Shown: positions 47,286-56,663 of the stretch, one piece after another
Layout: each line of letters starts with the position of its first letter
How positions within the stretch are numbered: position 1 is the first letter of the stretch
Origin: Clostridia bacterium
GTDB lineage: Bacteria; Bacillota; Clostridia; Oscillospirales; CAG-272
Reading direction: 5' to 3'
Length of the DNA stretch: 64,000 nucleotides
NCBI GenBank assembly: GCA_017411745.1
Contig: JAFQPM010000002.1
Coordinates: 79,810-143,809, forward strand
The notes under the pieces: model-generated
The model's input: only the letters and a program-made list of their open reading frames with translations
Databases searched by the model: none
Told to the model about the DNA's origin: nothing
Position numbers and translations under genes: made by a program

Positions 47286-48194
47286 TTATCTGGGGATATA
47301 AATGACCTCGCATTCAAGCTCTACGCCGAATTTTTCGAGGACGGTATTTTTTGTGTGCTCTATTACCGCAAGCACGTCACGGCAGGTAGCGCCTCCGCGG
47401 TTGATAATGAATCCCGCGTGCTTTTCGGAGACCTGCGCTCCGCCAACGGTGTAGCCCTTAAGACCCGAATCCTCGATCAGCTTCCCTGCGAAAAGATTGC
47501 CGCCGGGGCGCTTGAAGGTGCTGCCCGCATTGGGATATTCAAGCGGTTGCTTTTCTTTTCTTGCGGACATATTTTTGCTCATAGCGGCAAAAATTTCCTC
47601 GGCATTTCCCTCTTTTAACTCAAGAAGAGTCGAAAGGATAACGTATTCGGGATGATCTTCAAAGACAGAGTGGCGGTACGAAAAATCGTGTTCTTTTTTG
47701 TCTATAACCTTGATCTCATTGTTCGAAGGATCGAAATATTCGGTCTCAATTACCACATCGGACATCTGACCGCCGTATGCACCCGCGTTCATATAAACTG
47801 CGCCGCCGAGAGTGCCGGGAATGCCGTAAGCGAATTCAAGCCCGGCAAGGCTGTGCTTCTTTCCTGCCTCGGATGCAAGCTCGGTCAACGACTTTCCGCA
47901 CTCTGCACGAATAAAAGTGCCCGAAGCCGAGTGTACGTATTCCGTAGAGCTCATACTTTTGGTGAAAATGATCGCACCGTCAAATCCGTCGTCGTCGAAA
48001 AGCAGATTGCTTCCGTTGCCGACTATAGCAAGCTTTGCGTTGTTGCGCGTTACGGTTTCTATAGCGCTTATAAGCTCGTCTTTGCTTTTGGGAAAGATTG
48101 CGTAGCGAGCCTCTCCGCCTATTTTAAACGATGAGTGCTTTGAAAGCGGTTCGTTTTCAAGAACCTCAAGCGTATTGTCGAAATCAAGCCTCAT
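47286..48194 (-). CDS. murB: UDP-N-acetylenolpyruvoylglucosamine reductase
   Basis: FAD-binding N-terminus (FKIGGEARY, GNGSNLL) and a typical MurB C-terminal domain. Confidence 0.92.
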   Translation of the reverse strand: MRLDFDNTLEVLENEPLSKHSSFKIGGEARYAIFPKSKDELISAIETVTRNNAKLAIVGNGSNLLFDDDGFDGAIIFTKSMSSTEYVHSASGTFIRAECGKSLTELASEAGKKHSLAGLEFAYGIPGTLGGAVYMNAGAYGGQMSDVVIETEYFDPSNNEIKVIDKKEHDFSYRHSVFEDHPEYVILSTLLELKEGNAEEIFAAMSKNMSARKEKQPLEYPNAGSTFKRPGGNLFAGKLIEDSGLKGYTVGGAQVSEKHAGFIINRGGATCRDVLAVIEHTKNTVLEKFGVELECEVIYIPR

Positions 48195-48220
48195 TATAGG
48201 GTATCCTTTCGTGTGAGATG

Positions 48221-48907
48221 TTATAAAACTATGCCTTCTATTTGAGAAAGGTTACTTATCGTGTAGGTTATTTTCATATCGTCGGGAGCTTTTTTCCCTT
48301 TTGGATTGTACCAGCAGGTGTCGATGCCTGCGTTTATACCTCCGCGGATGTCGGAGGTGAGTGAATCTCCTATAACGAGCGCCCTTGTGGGATCAAAATC
48401 GGGAATACGCTTACTGATCAGCTCAAAATATTTGATCGACGGCTTGTCGTAGCCGATGTCCTCGGAAATAAACACGTCGTCGAAATATTTTGCAAGCGGA
48501 GAGGCACAAAAGCGCTTTTGCTGAACCGATTTAAAGCCGTTTGTGATTATATACATTCTGAAATTGCCGTACAGCTTCTTACAAATATCTTCTGCACCGT
48601 CGAGAAGATAGCACTTCTCCGAAAGCTTTTCGGGATATAAATTGGATATAGTTTTGGCATCAAAGTCGAAGTCGTAATACTCCAAAAGCGATCTCCAACG
48701 CGCAACCATAAGCTCAGGCTTGGTTATCTCGTTTCGCTCGAGCATTTTCCAATATCCGTCGTTGATCTCGGAGTATTTTTTTATGATCTCGTCGGCTGTG
48801 GGCAGACCTGCAAATTCAAGGCAATCTATCACCGCTTCATATTCCGAACGATGAAAATCAAGCAGAGTCGCGTCTGCATCGAATAACAATACGTCGTATT
48901 TGGGCAT
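48221..48907 (-). CDS. HAD-superfamily hydrolase, YjjG-like nucleotidase subfamily
   Basis: Motif I LLFDADATLLDF and motif IV VIGDSLTSDIRGG. 228 aa. Confidence 0.8.
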   Translation of the reverse strand: MPKYDVLLFDADATLLDFHRSEYEAVIDCLEFAGLPTADEIIKKYSEINDGYWKMLERNEITKPELMVARWRSLLEYYDFDFDAKTISNLYPEKLSEKCYLLDGAEDICKKLYGNFRMYIITNGFKSVQQKRFCASPLAKYFDDVFISEDIGYDKPSIKYFELISKRIPDFDPTRALVIGDSLTSDIRGGINAGIDTCWYNPKGKKAPDDMKITYTISNLSQIEGIVL

Positions 48908-49094
48908 AGTGGATCTCCATAAAAAACATTATATATTTAATTATACTATATATTTTTGCAAATTGCAACACCAAATTTTGACTTTCAACCGTTTCTACTG
49001 AAAAACGGGTCGTGGCAGATGTAGTGCCGAAAAAACTACCGAGCCAAGCATCGCAAATCGCGGCGCTCGGCTCGTGCAATATATTTGAGGTGGA

Positions 49095-49751
49095 TTATAA
49101 AAGATCGCAGTAACAATTCAGACATTTAGCTCGTTGATTGTCGTTATTATGACCGCAAACTATACAGCGTTTCTGATCGCCTTCCGCAGACGGTGCGATA
49201 TACAAATACTTGAAGCCGTAATACTTGTGTACTCTATCCCCCGCCTTAAAGTCATTTATATGATCTGTAATCTTTCCCTGATTAGGGAGATCAGTCTTCG
49301 CAGACAAAATCCCCATAGTGTTTTTGAGCGCTTCTCCCACAGATGTTGCTGTGTGCTTTGCTGATTTGCCGTCGTCTTTTTTTATTGTTAAAATCAACGC
49401 TTGTTTATCATATACATTGAATCGCCCGAGAGTACGCCAATACGTTCCAACGCTTTGTTTTACCTCTACATTGGATACGATTCCACTCCACGATGAATCA
49501 ATCAATTTCATGGGCACGCCGGTAATAAGGAACGGCAAGGTCATAAAGAGAATATAGCAGCTAATTTGAACTGCGACAAAGCTTTTCGGACTAAAGCGAG
49601 GCATGGGAAAAATTCTCTCGCCCCACATAATGACGATAACTAGAAACAACGCAAAAAGGAGACAGCAAAGGGCAATTCTGATGATGATATTCATTTTGCG
49701 TTTTTTCTGTAAGGATCTTGGAAGCGGTGGTCGGTTATTCTTCGTTGTCAT
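49095..49751 (-). CDS. 2-TM membrane protein with C-terminal zinc ribbon, unknown family (paralogue 1)
   Basis: AAGGAG RBS. Basic N-terminus, two TM helices, a beta-rich domain and C-terminal CIVCG...CLNC. By-eye similarity to the upstream gene. Confidence 0.7.
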   Translation of the reverse strand: MTTKNNRPPLPRSLQKKRKMNIIIRIALCCLLFALFLVIVIMWGERIFPMPRFSPKSFVAVQISCYILFMTLPFLITGVPMKLIDSSWSGIVSNVEVKQSVGTYWRTLGRFNVYDKQALILTIKKDDGKSAKHTATSVGEALKNTMGILSAKTDLPNQGKITDHINDFKAGDRVHKYYGFKYLYIAPSAEGDQKRCIVCGHNNDNQRAKCLNCYCDLL

Positions 49752-49763
49752 TGTTTGTCTCCT

Positions 49764-50348
49764 TTACTTAGAAGTCCACCAGTCGTAATATGGGTCGTAA
49801 TGGCGCGGAGCGATCTTGAAATTTATCTTGCAATCGGGGCAGTCGCTTTGGTCAAGAGTTCTTCCGCAAACGGGACAAATAAATATTTCATCGCTTCTTG
49901 ATAGGTTTTGAGGATACTTGGTGCCCTTGTAGTGCTTGATTATGTCGTTGGGTCTAAATACCTGATAAGATATCTTTTCAGCCGGGATTCTGATTTTTAC
50001 GATCTCTCCCCGACTCTTTTCTACGGTTATCACCGTGTAAAAAATCTGTTTCATAGGAAATCTCGATACAGCTACCGCAAAGGTTATCGGTTCCCAATCG
50101 AGTATCAGGTCTGACTTTATCACCCTGCCTTCCCAATCCTTGTCAAAAAGCATTTGAAGCAGCTTGGATTTATATAGGATAACAGCATAAACGAGGGCGA
50201 AAAACGGTATGGCGAAAATGCCGAACCTTGCATTTTTCAGTATTGAGGTGTAGTAATATATATAGATCGCCACAAGCGCCGCGGCAACAAGCAGCATAAT
50301 GATCGCACGAATAATTATTCGCTTGGTGATCTTATTTTTTACCGTCAT
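49764..50348 (-). CDS. 2-TM membrane protein with C-terminal zinc ribbon, unknown family (paralogue 2)
   Basis: The start is taken at the ATG at 50348 (MTVKNKITKR...), preceded by GGAG. The ORF track extends it in frame to 50423. Two TM helices, a beta-rich domain and CPVCG...CPDC. Confidence 0.7.
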   Translation of the reverse strand: MTVKNKITKRIIIRAIIMLLVAAALVAIYIYYYTSILKNARFGIFAIPFFALVYAVILYKSKLLQMLFDKDWEGRVIKSDLILDWEPITFAVAVSRFPMKQIFYTVITVEKSRGEIVKIRIPAEKISYQVFRPNDIIKHYKGTKYPQNLSRSDEIFICPVCGRTLDQSDCPDCKINFKIAPRHYDPYYDWWTSK

Positions 50349-50484
50349 TTTTAATCTCCATTCGGCACAAGTAGTAATCGTTGAATTTTGCCCCCAAGGC
50401 AAAATTCGTGCGTGAAAAAGCATACCTCACTAACGGTAGGACGTAACTTTCACGCTGACCTCCAACAGTTTTGTTTGTAATCAT

Positions 50485-50513
50485 ATTATATCACACGGTC
50501 GAGTGATTGTCAA
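50485..50513 (-). promoter_or_regulatory. perfect consensus sigma-70 promoter (TTGACA-17-TATAAT) for the zinc-ribbon gene pair
   Basis: On the minus strand TTGACA is at 50513-50508, followed by a 17-nt spacer and TATAAT at 50490-50485. Confidence 0.7.
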
Positions 50514-50617
50514 GCGCTTTCTATAAAAATTTGGTAAAAATTATACACAAAAATCCAACTCAATATTTATATATGTTGCACAACCTAATTTTTCTTGTAA
50601 AAAAGCCGTTTTCCCTC

Positions 50618-50646
50618 TTGAAAAAAATGTCAAAATGAGTTATAAT
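50618..50646 (+). promoter_or_regulatory. sigma-70-type promoter for the oxidoreductase/coaE operon (TTGAAA-17-TATAAT)
   Basis: TTGAAA at 50618-50623, a 17-nt spacer and TATAAT at 50641-50646. Confidence 0.6.
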
Positions 50647-50686
50647 ATAATATGTATGTATATTTTTCGAAAGGATAGCACGGCTT

Positions 50687-51832
50687 ATGAAAAAAACTCT
50701 TAATATCGGGTTGCTTGGATTTGGTGCGATGGGTAAAACTCACGCTTTTTCCGTGGCGTCGCTTCCCTTTTATTTTGAGGGTCTCGATTTTTCGGCAAAG
50801 TACGCGGCTGTGTGTACCTCTCGCATCGAAACTGCCAAGAGCGCCTCGGAAAAACATAACCTTGGATATGCGACCGATAAAGAGGACGATATTATTGGCG
50901 ATAACGCAATAGATGTCGTTGATATCTGTACGCCTAACATAAATCATTATGAGACGGCAAAAAAAGCTATTCTTGCAGGCAAGCACGTGCTTTGCGAAAA
51001 GCCGTTGGCGGTCACCGCAGCGCAGGCTGCCGAGCTTGAAGGACTTGCGGCAGATGCATTCGCTAAGAACGGTCAGGTCTGCGGTATAGTTTTCAATAAC
51101 AGACATCTTGCGGCGATCAGACGCGCCAAGGAAATAATTAACCAGGGTAAACTCGGTAGGATACTTACTTTTGATTTCAGATACTATCACAACAGCTGTA
51201 TCGATCCTGAAAGAACGGTCGGCTGGAAGCAGGACAAGGATATATGTGGCGCGGGCACTTTGTTTGACCTTGGCTCGCATATCGTTGATCTTTGCCGTTA
51301 TCTTTGCGGTGAGTTTGATGAGGTCTACGCCAAGGAACAGATCGCATTCTCCGAGCACAAGTGCGCTGACGGAAGCCTGTGGCAGACTAATGCCGACGAG
51401 GCGGTCTATATGACGGCTACGCTTAAGTGCGGCGCAGTCGGGTCGCTCGTTGCAAGCAAGATAACCGTTGGAGAAAACGACGGATTGACCTTTTCGGTCT
51501 ACGGCACTGACGGTGCGATAAAATTCGACCTTATGGAGCCCGACTGGTTGCATTATTACGATGCAAACGCCGAGGGAGGCAATTATGGGGGATATAAAGG
51601 ATTTACCAAGATAGAGTGCGTGGGCAGATATCCCGCGCCGAGTGGCAAATTCCCTTCTCCCAAAGCGCCTAACGGTTGGCTCAGAGGTCACGTTGAGTCT
51701 ACGTACGCCTATCTCTCGGCGGTAAGTGAAGGTCGCGAGGCTTCGCCCTCGTTTGCCGACGGATCAAGAGTTCAAGAGGTGCTTGAGGCGGCGCATAGGT
51801 CGCATCTTGAAGGACGCTCAATAAAGATATAA
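50687..51832 (+). CDS. Gfo/Idh/MocA family NAD(P)-dependent oxidoreductase
   Basis: Rossmann N-terminus GLLGFGAMGKTHA and the EKPLA motif (CEKPLAV). 381 aa. Confidence 0.88.
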   Translation: MKKTLNIGLLGFGAMGKTHAFSVASLPFYFEGLDFSAKYAAVCTSRIETAKSASEKHNLGYATDKEDDIIGDNAIDVVDICTPNINHYETAKKAILAGKHVLCEKPLAVTAAQAAELEGLAADAFAKNGQVCGIVFNNRHLAAIRRAKEIINQGKLGRILTFDFRYYHNSCIDPERTVGWKQDKDICGAGTLFDLGSHIVDLCRYLCGEFDEVYAKEQIAFSEHKCADGSLWQTNADEAVYMTATLKCGAVGSLVASKITVGENDGLTFSVYGTDGAIKFDLMEPDWLHYYDANAEGGNYGGYKGFTKIECVGRYPAPSGKFPSPKAPNGWLRGHVESTYAYLSAVSEGREASPSFADGSRVQEVLEAAHRSHLEGRSIKI

Positions 51833-51853
51833 ATTTACGGAAAGGATTTGGAT

Positions 51854-52459
51854 ATGCTTATTATCGGTATCACCGGCCCAAGCGGTTCCGGCAAGGGCAC
51901 AGCTTCAACATATCTTGCGACTAAGGGCGCAAAAACAATCGATGCCGATGCGGTGTATCATGAGCTTATTGCCTTCCCGTCTCCTTGTGTCGACGAGATG
52001 GTCACGAATTTCGGAAAAGACGTTCTTGCAGATAACGGCGCTGTTGACAGAAAAAAGCTTGCGCCTCTCGTGTTTGGCGAAGAAAACAAAGAAAAGCTTT
52101 TATTATTGAATGAGATCACGCACAAATACGTTGTTGAGAGAATAAGGGCGCTTTTGAAAGAGTTTGCCTTGGCAGGAGAAAAGGCTTGCGTTATTGACGC
52201 TCCCCTGATCATCGAGGCAGGGCTCACGAGCGATTGCAATCTTACGATCGCGGTGCTTGCTGATAAGCAAATACGAGCAGAGCGTATAGCAAAGCGCGAT
52301 CGTATTGATATAAACTCGGCAATGGCGAGAATAAACTCGCAGAAGCCCGACGAGTATTACGTTCAAGGCTCTGACAAGGTTTTATATAACAACGGAGCTC
52401 TTGACGAACTGTACGAGCAGCTTGAAAAGGCACTGACTGACGGAGGTGCCAAGCTATGA
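51854..52459 (+). CDS. coaE: dephospho-CoA kinase
   Basis: P-loop IGITGPSGSGKGT. 201 aa from the ATG at 51854, with a GAAAGGA RBS 9 nt upstream. The ORF track uses a TTG at 51848. Confidence 0.88.
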   Translation: MLIIGITGPSGSGKGTASTYLATKGAKTIDADAVYHELIAFPSPCVDEMVTNFGKDVLADNGAVDRKKLAPLVFGEENKEKLLLLNEITHKYVVERIRALLKEFALAGEKACVIDAPLIIEAGLTSDCNLTIAVLADKQIRAERIAKRDRIDINSAMARINSQKPDEYYVQGSDKVLYNNGALDELYEQLEKALTDGGAKL

Positions 52460-53040
52460 GAAGCACAAGGAAAAATATGAACGGTATGGGAATGGCTAAG
52501 ATAGTTCTCATTCTGATTGCTGTTTCTATTGCCTTTGGATTTTTATTTGATTTTGTTGCGACGAAGATAGAATGTGCCATATATCCACAGCCGAGTGAAT
52601 ATGCAGAATACGTATGCAAATATTCATCGGAATACGGAGTTCCCGAGGAGCTTGTCTGGGCGGTCATAAAGACCGAAAGCAATTTCAAGGCCTCTGCAGT
52701 TTCGGGAGTCGGTGCGGTAGGTCTTATGCAGCTGATGCCCGACACGTTCAATGAAATTACTAATTTACGTCTTAACGAAAGGCTTGATGCGGGAATGAGA
52801 TACGATCCCGAAACTAACATTCGCTACGGAACCTATTATCTTTCCTACCTTTACGCACGTTACGGAAATTGGAGCACCGCCATTGCCGCTTATAACGCGG
52901 GACTTGGCAAAGTGGACGAATGGCTTGAAAACGACGATTACGCTACGGACAACACGCTGACATATATTCCCTACAAGGAGACGCGCAACTACGTACAAAA
53001 AGTGCAAAAGGCACTCCAAATGTATGAAGATCTCTATTGA
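52456..53040 (+). CDS. lytic transglycosylase (SLT domain), membrane anchored
   Basis: Catalytic region ESNFKASAVSGVGAVGLMQLMP and AYNAG. The start ATGA overlaps the coaE stop. Confidence 0.88.
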   Translation: MRSTRKNMNGMGMAKIVLILIAVSIAFGFLFDFVATKIECAIYPQPSEYAEYVCKYSSEYGVPEELVWAVIKTESNFKASAVSGVGAVGLMQLMPDTFNEITNLRLNERLDAGMRYDPETNIRYGTYYLSYLYARYGNWSTAIAAYNAGLGKVDEWLENDDYATDNTLTYIPYKETRNYVQKVQKALQMYEDLY

Positions 53041-53116
53041 GGAGATCCAAAAGAGTGAATAAAAAATTTATATACAGATGCATATTCATTTTGCATCAAA
53101 AGAAAGGATAACTGAT

Positions 53117-54490
53117 ATGAGCAAGGAACTCACCTACTCCAGAAAGAACTTTTACGAGACCGCGGACGAAGCGGCTATCAAGACTGTATACGACTATTGC
53201 GACGGCTATATGGCGTATATGGACAACTCCAAGACCGAGCGCGAGACCGTGACCGAAACTATCGCTCTTGCAGAAAAGCACGGCTATAAGCCCTACAATT
53301 TCGGAATGACCATCAAGGCGGGAGATAAGTATTACTACAACAATCGCAGCAGAAATCTTTATCTTTTCCGCGTTGGAAGTGAGGATATAAACAACGGTAT
53401 CAGAATAGTAGCTTCTCACATTGACAGCCCCAGACTCGATCTCAAGCAGGTGCCGATCTACGAGGACGGCGGATTCTGCTTTGCAAAGACTCACTACTAC
53501 GGCGGCGTTCGCAAGTATCAGTGGGTTGCTATGCCTCTTGCTCTTCACGGCGTGGTTGCAAAGAAGGACGGCAGCTCGGTTACCATTCGCGTAGGCGATG
53601 AGGAGGGTGAGCCCGTGTTCTACATCAATGATCTCCTTCCCCACCTTGCAAGAGAACAGAGCGCAAGACCTCTCGGCACAGCTATCTCTGCAGAAAGCCT
53701 TAACATCGTGCTTGGCTCAAGACCTCTTGCCAATACTGAAGAAGGTGAGAAGATAAAGAAAAATGTTCTTACTATTCTCAACGAAAAGTACGACATCACC
53801 GAGGAGGATTTCCTCTCGGCAGATCTTTTCGTAGTTCCTGCGGGCAAGGCTCGTGACGTTGGATTTGACCGTTCTCTTATTTCCGCATACGGTCACGATG
53901 ATAACGTTTGCGCTTATCCTTCCCTCACCGCGCTCTTTGAGTCCGATGCAAGCGAGCACACGCTTATGGTAGTGCTTGCCGATAAGGAGGAGATCGGAAG
54001 CGAGGGTAACACGGGTATGCAGTGTGAGCTCTTTACCGACCTTATGGGCGCTATCACTGCAGAGCTTGGCGGTAACATTTATGCGGTAAAGGCAAACTCC
54101 AAGTGCCTTTCTGCCGACGTTAACGCTTGCTTCGACCCCAACTTCCCCGAAGTTTTTGAGTCGAGAAATGCGGCAAAGATCAACTGTGGAATTACGATGT
54201 CCAAGTACACCGGAAGCGGTGGAAAGGGCGGCACGAACGATGCTCCTGCAGAGTATATCGCTTGGATCAGAAGGATATTCGAGGAGAACGGTGTTCTCTG
54301 GCAGACCGCAGAGCTCGGCAAGACCGACGTGGGCGGCGGCGGAACCGTTGCAAAGTTCGTTGCAAAGCACAACATCGAGACCGTTGACCTGGGTGTTCCC
54401 GTTATCTCGATGCACGCTCCCTACGAGGTTGTTTCGAAGGCGGATGTTTATTCTGCTCACAAGGCTTTCCTCGCCTTCAATATGGCTTAA
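53117..54490 (+). CDS. M18 family aminopeptidase
   Basis: VASHIDSPRLDLK and the later metal-binding regions. The start is taken at the ATG at 53117, after an AGAAAGGA RBS; the ORF track starts it at 53078. Confidence 0.85.
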   Translation: MSKELTYSRKNFYETADEAAIKTVYDYCDGYMAYMDNSKTERETVTETIALAEKHGYKPYNFGMTIKAGDKYYYNNRSRNLYLFRVGSEDINNGIRIVASHIDSPRLDLKQVPIYEDGGFCFAKTHYYGGVRKYQWVAMPLALHGVVAKKDGSSVTIRVGDEEGEPVFYINDLLPHLAREQSARPLGTAISAESLNIVLGSRPLANTEEGEKIKKNVLTILNEKYDITEEDFLSADLFVVPAGKARDVGFDRSLISAYGHDDNVCAYPSLTALFESDASEHTLMVVLADKEEIGSEGNTGMQCELFTDLMGAITAELGGNIYAVKANSKCLSADVNACFDPNFPEVFESRNAAKINCGITMSKYTGSGGKGGTNDAPAEYIAWIRRIFEENGVLWQTAELGKTDVGGGGTVAKFVAKHNIETVDLGVPVISMHAPYEVVSKADVYSAHKAFLAFNMA

Positions 54491-54493
54491 TTT

Positions 54494-55570
54494 ATGTTTG
54501 AAAAGCTTGTATCGACCGTGGAAAAATACGACAGGCTTGAATATGAGCTTGCCAACAACACGGCTTTGATAACAGATGCCTCGGCTTATGCCAAGGCAAT
54601 AAAAGAATATCGCTCTCTGACGCCCGTGGTTGAAAAATACCGTGAATATAAACGGGCGCAGAGCGATATTGACGATGCCTTAGCTATAATTGACGAAACC
54701 GATGACGCAGATATGCGCGAATTGGCTCAGGAGGAGCTCAAGGCGGCTAAAGCAAGAGTTGAAACTCTTGCCGAGGAGCTGACCGTGCTCTTGCTTCCGC
54801 GCGACCCTAACGACGATAAAAACATTATCGTTGAGATAAGGGCGGGCGCGGGCGGCGAGGAGGCGGCGCTGTTTGCCGCAGTTCTCTTCCGTATGTACTC
54901 TATGTACTCTGCGGCGGTCGGATTTAAGGTCTCGATAGCGAATGCCAACGAGACCGAGCTTGGCGGATACAAGGAGATCTGCTTTACCGTTGAGGGTGAC
55001 GGAGCGTATTCTCGCTTCAAGTTTGAATCGGGAGTTCACAGAGTTCAAAGAGTTCCCGAGACCGAGTCGCAGGGGCGCATACAGACCTCGACGGCTACGG
55101 TTGCAGTGCTTCCCGAGGTCGAGGACGTCGAGATCGAGATCAAGGATTCTGATCTGATTTACGAGTCCTGCAAGTCGAGTGGTGCGGGCGGTCAGCACAT
55201 CAACAAGACCGAGTCCGCGGTGCGATTGACACACAAGCCCACGGGTATCGTTATCGAATGTCAGGAGGAGCGCTCGCAGTTCAAAAACAAGGACAAGGCG
55301 CTGAAAATGCTCCGTGCCAAGCTTTACGATATAAAGCAAAGAGAGCAATCCGAAAAGGTCGCGTCCGACAGAAAAAATCAAGTCGGCACGGGTGACCGAA
55401 GCGAAAAGATACGAACCTACAACTATCCGCAAAACCGTGTGACCGATCACCGTATCGGTGTTACACTCTATTCGCTTGACAGCTTCATTAACGGAAATAT
55501 CGGTCAGATGATCGATTCGCTTATTGCCGCCGATACCGCGGAAAAGCTCAAGGCGGAAAACAATGATTAA
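54494..55570 (+). CDS. prfA: peptide chain release factor 1
   Basis: GGQ motif GAGGQHINKTESAVR. The PxT-type decoding region is present. 358 aa. Confidence 0.94.
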   Translation: MFEKLVSTVEKYDRLEYELANNTALITDASAYAKAIKEYRSLTPVVEKYREYKRAQSDIDDALAIIDETDDADMRELAQEELKAAKARVETLAEELTVLLLPRDPNDDKNIIVEIRAGAGGEEAALFAAVLFRMYSMYSAAVGFKVSIANANETELGGYKEICFTVEGDGAYSRFKFESGVHRVQRVPETESQGRIQTSTATVAVLPEVEDVEIEIKDSDLIYESCKSSGAGGQHINKTESAVRLTHKPTGIVIECQEERSQFKNKDKALKMLRAKLYDIKQREQSEKVASDRKNQVGTGDRSEKIRTYNYPQNRVTDHRIGVTLYSLDSFINGNIGQMIDSLIAADTAEKLKAENND

Positions 55571-55592
55571 TTCAAAGAAAGGAGCCGCACAA

Positions 55593-56636
55593 ATGGAAAC
55601 TGTGATACTGAAAATTGAAGATCCCGTAAAGCAGAACGCGCAGATTGAGCGTGCGGCGGCTCTGATACGCGACGGAGGACTTGTAGTCATTCCGACCGAG
55701 ACGGTCTACGGTCTTGGTGGTGATGCTACAAATCCCCTGTCGGCTCAAAAAATATACGCCGCAAAGGGTCGCCCCTCGGATAATCCTCTGATAATCCATA
55801 TAAGCGACCCTCGCGACGCAGAGAAATACGCGTTTACTAACGAGCTTTACTATAAGCTTGCAAAGGCATTTATGCCCGGTCCTCTGACCGTGATACTTCC
55901 CAAAAAGGACGTTGTGCCGAGAGAAACTACGGGAGGACTTGGAACGGTTGCCGTTCGTTGTCCGTCAAATCCCATTGCCAGTGCGATCATTCGTGCGGCA
56001 GGTGTACCTATTGCCGCGCCGTCGGCGAATATTTCGGGCAGACCCTCAGCTACGGCTGTCAAGTACGTTATCGAGGACTTTGATGGCAGAGTTGACATGA
56101 TAGTTGACGGCGGCGAGAGCGAGATCGGTCTTGAATCAACGATAGTTCTCATTACCGAGAATAACGGCTTAGTGCTTCTCCGCCCCGGTGCGATAACCTA
56201 CGATGCGCTTTGTTGCGTTTGCGAGAATGTGACGATTTCTCCGACACTTGAGGGTACGCTCAGTGAAAATGAGCATCCCATATCCCCCGGAATGAAGTAC
56301 CGTCACTACGCTCCGTCGGCTAAATTCGTTTTGCTTGACGGAAACGAGGATTCGATAATAAACTTCCTCAAGACAGAACAAAAACGGTGCAGATGTGCCG
56401 TGCTTTGCTATGATGAGGAGGCAGAGCTTTTGTCGGGTGGTCTGATCTTGCCTATCGGCAAGCGCGGAGACCTCAAAACTCACGCGAGGATGCTGTTTGC
56501 GCGTCTGCGCGAGTGCGATTCGCTCTCACCCGATATAATTTACGCTCATATTCCCGACAAGGCAGGTCTTGGACTTGCTCTTTACAACCGTATGATACGG
56601 GCGGCGGCTCACACGGTGCTTAATGTTGAAGATTAA
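55593..56636 (+). CDS. tsaC: L-threonylcarbamoyladenylate synthase (Sua5/YwlC type, with C-terminal Sua5 domain)
   Basis: VIPTETVYGLGGDA, KGRPSDNPLIIH and SANISGRPS motifs. The start is taken at the ATG at 55593, after an AAAGGAG RBS. Confidence 0.9.
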   Translation: METVILKIEDPVKQNAQIERAAALIRDGGLVVIPTETVYGLGGDATNPLSAQKIYAAKGRPSDNPLIIHISDPRDAEKYAFTNELYYKLAKAFMPGPLTVILPKKDVVPRETTGGLGTVAVRCPSNPIASAIIRAAGVPIAAPSANISGRPSATAVKYVIEDFDGRVDMIVDGGESEIGLESTIVLITENNGLVLLRPGAITYDALCCVCENVTISPTLEGTLSENEHPISPGMKYRHYAPSAKFVLLDGNEDSIINFLKTEQKRCRCAVLCYDEEAELLSGGLILPIGKRGDLKTHARMLFARLRECDSLSPDIIYAHIPDKAGLGLALYNRMIRAAAHTVLNVED

Positions 56637-56663
56637 ACTTTTTGAAAGGTACAGATATATAAA

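Noticed and set aside
50630-51691. 353-aa ORF antisense to the Gfo/Idh/MocA oxidoreductase gene
   Set aside because: It is in register (offset 57). It would start inside the promoter region of the sense gene, and its composition is Arg/Cys/Ile-rich. It is a shadow ORF.
53078-53116. N-terminal extensions of ORF-track models (53078, 55524, 37136, 32897, 60091, 51848, 61686, 34167, 27371, 19609, 8108)
   Set aside because: In each case a downstream ATG has a properly spaced Shine-Dalgarno sequence and yields the N-terminus typical of the family. The upstream starts are often TTG or GTG without an RBS, or overlap the preceding gene.
54680-55690. 336-aa ORF antisense to prfA
   Set aside because: It is in register with prfA (offset 186). 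prfA carries the GGQ motif. The antisense product is Leu/Arg/Val-rich without motifs.
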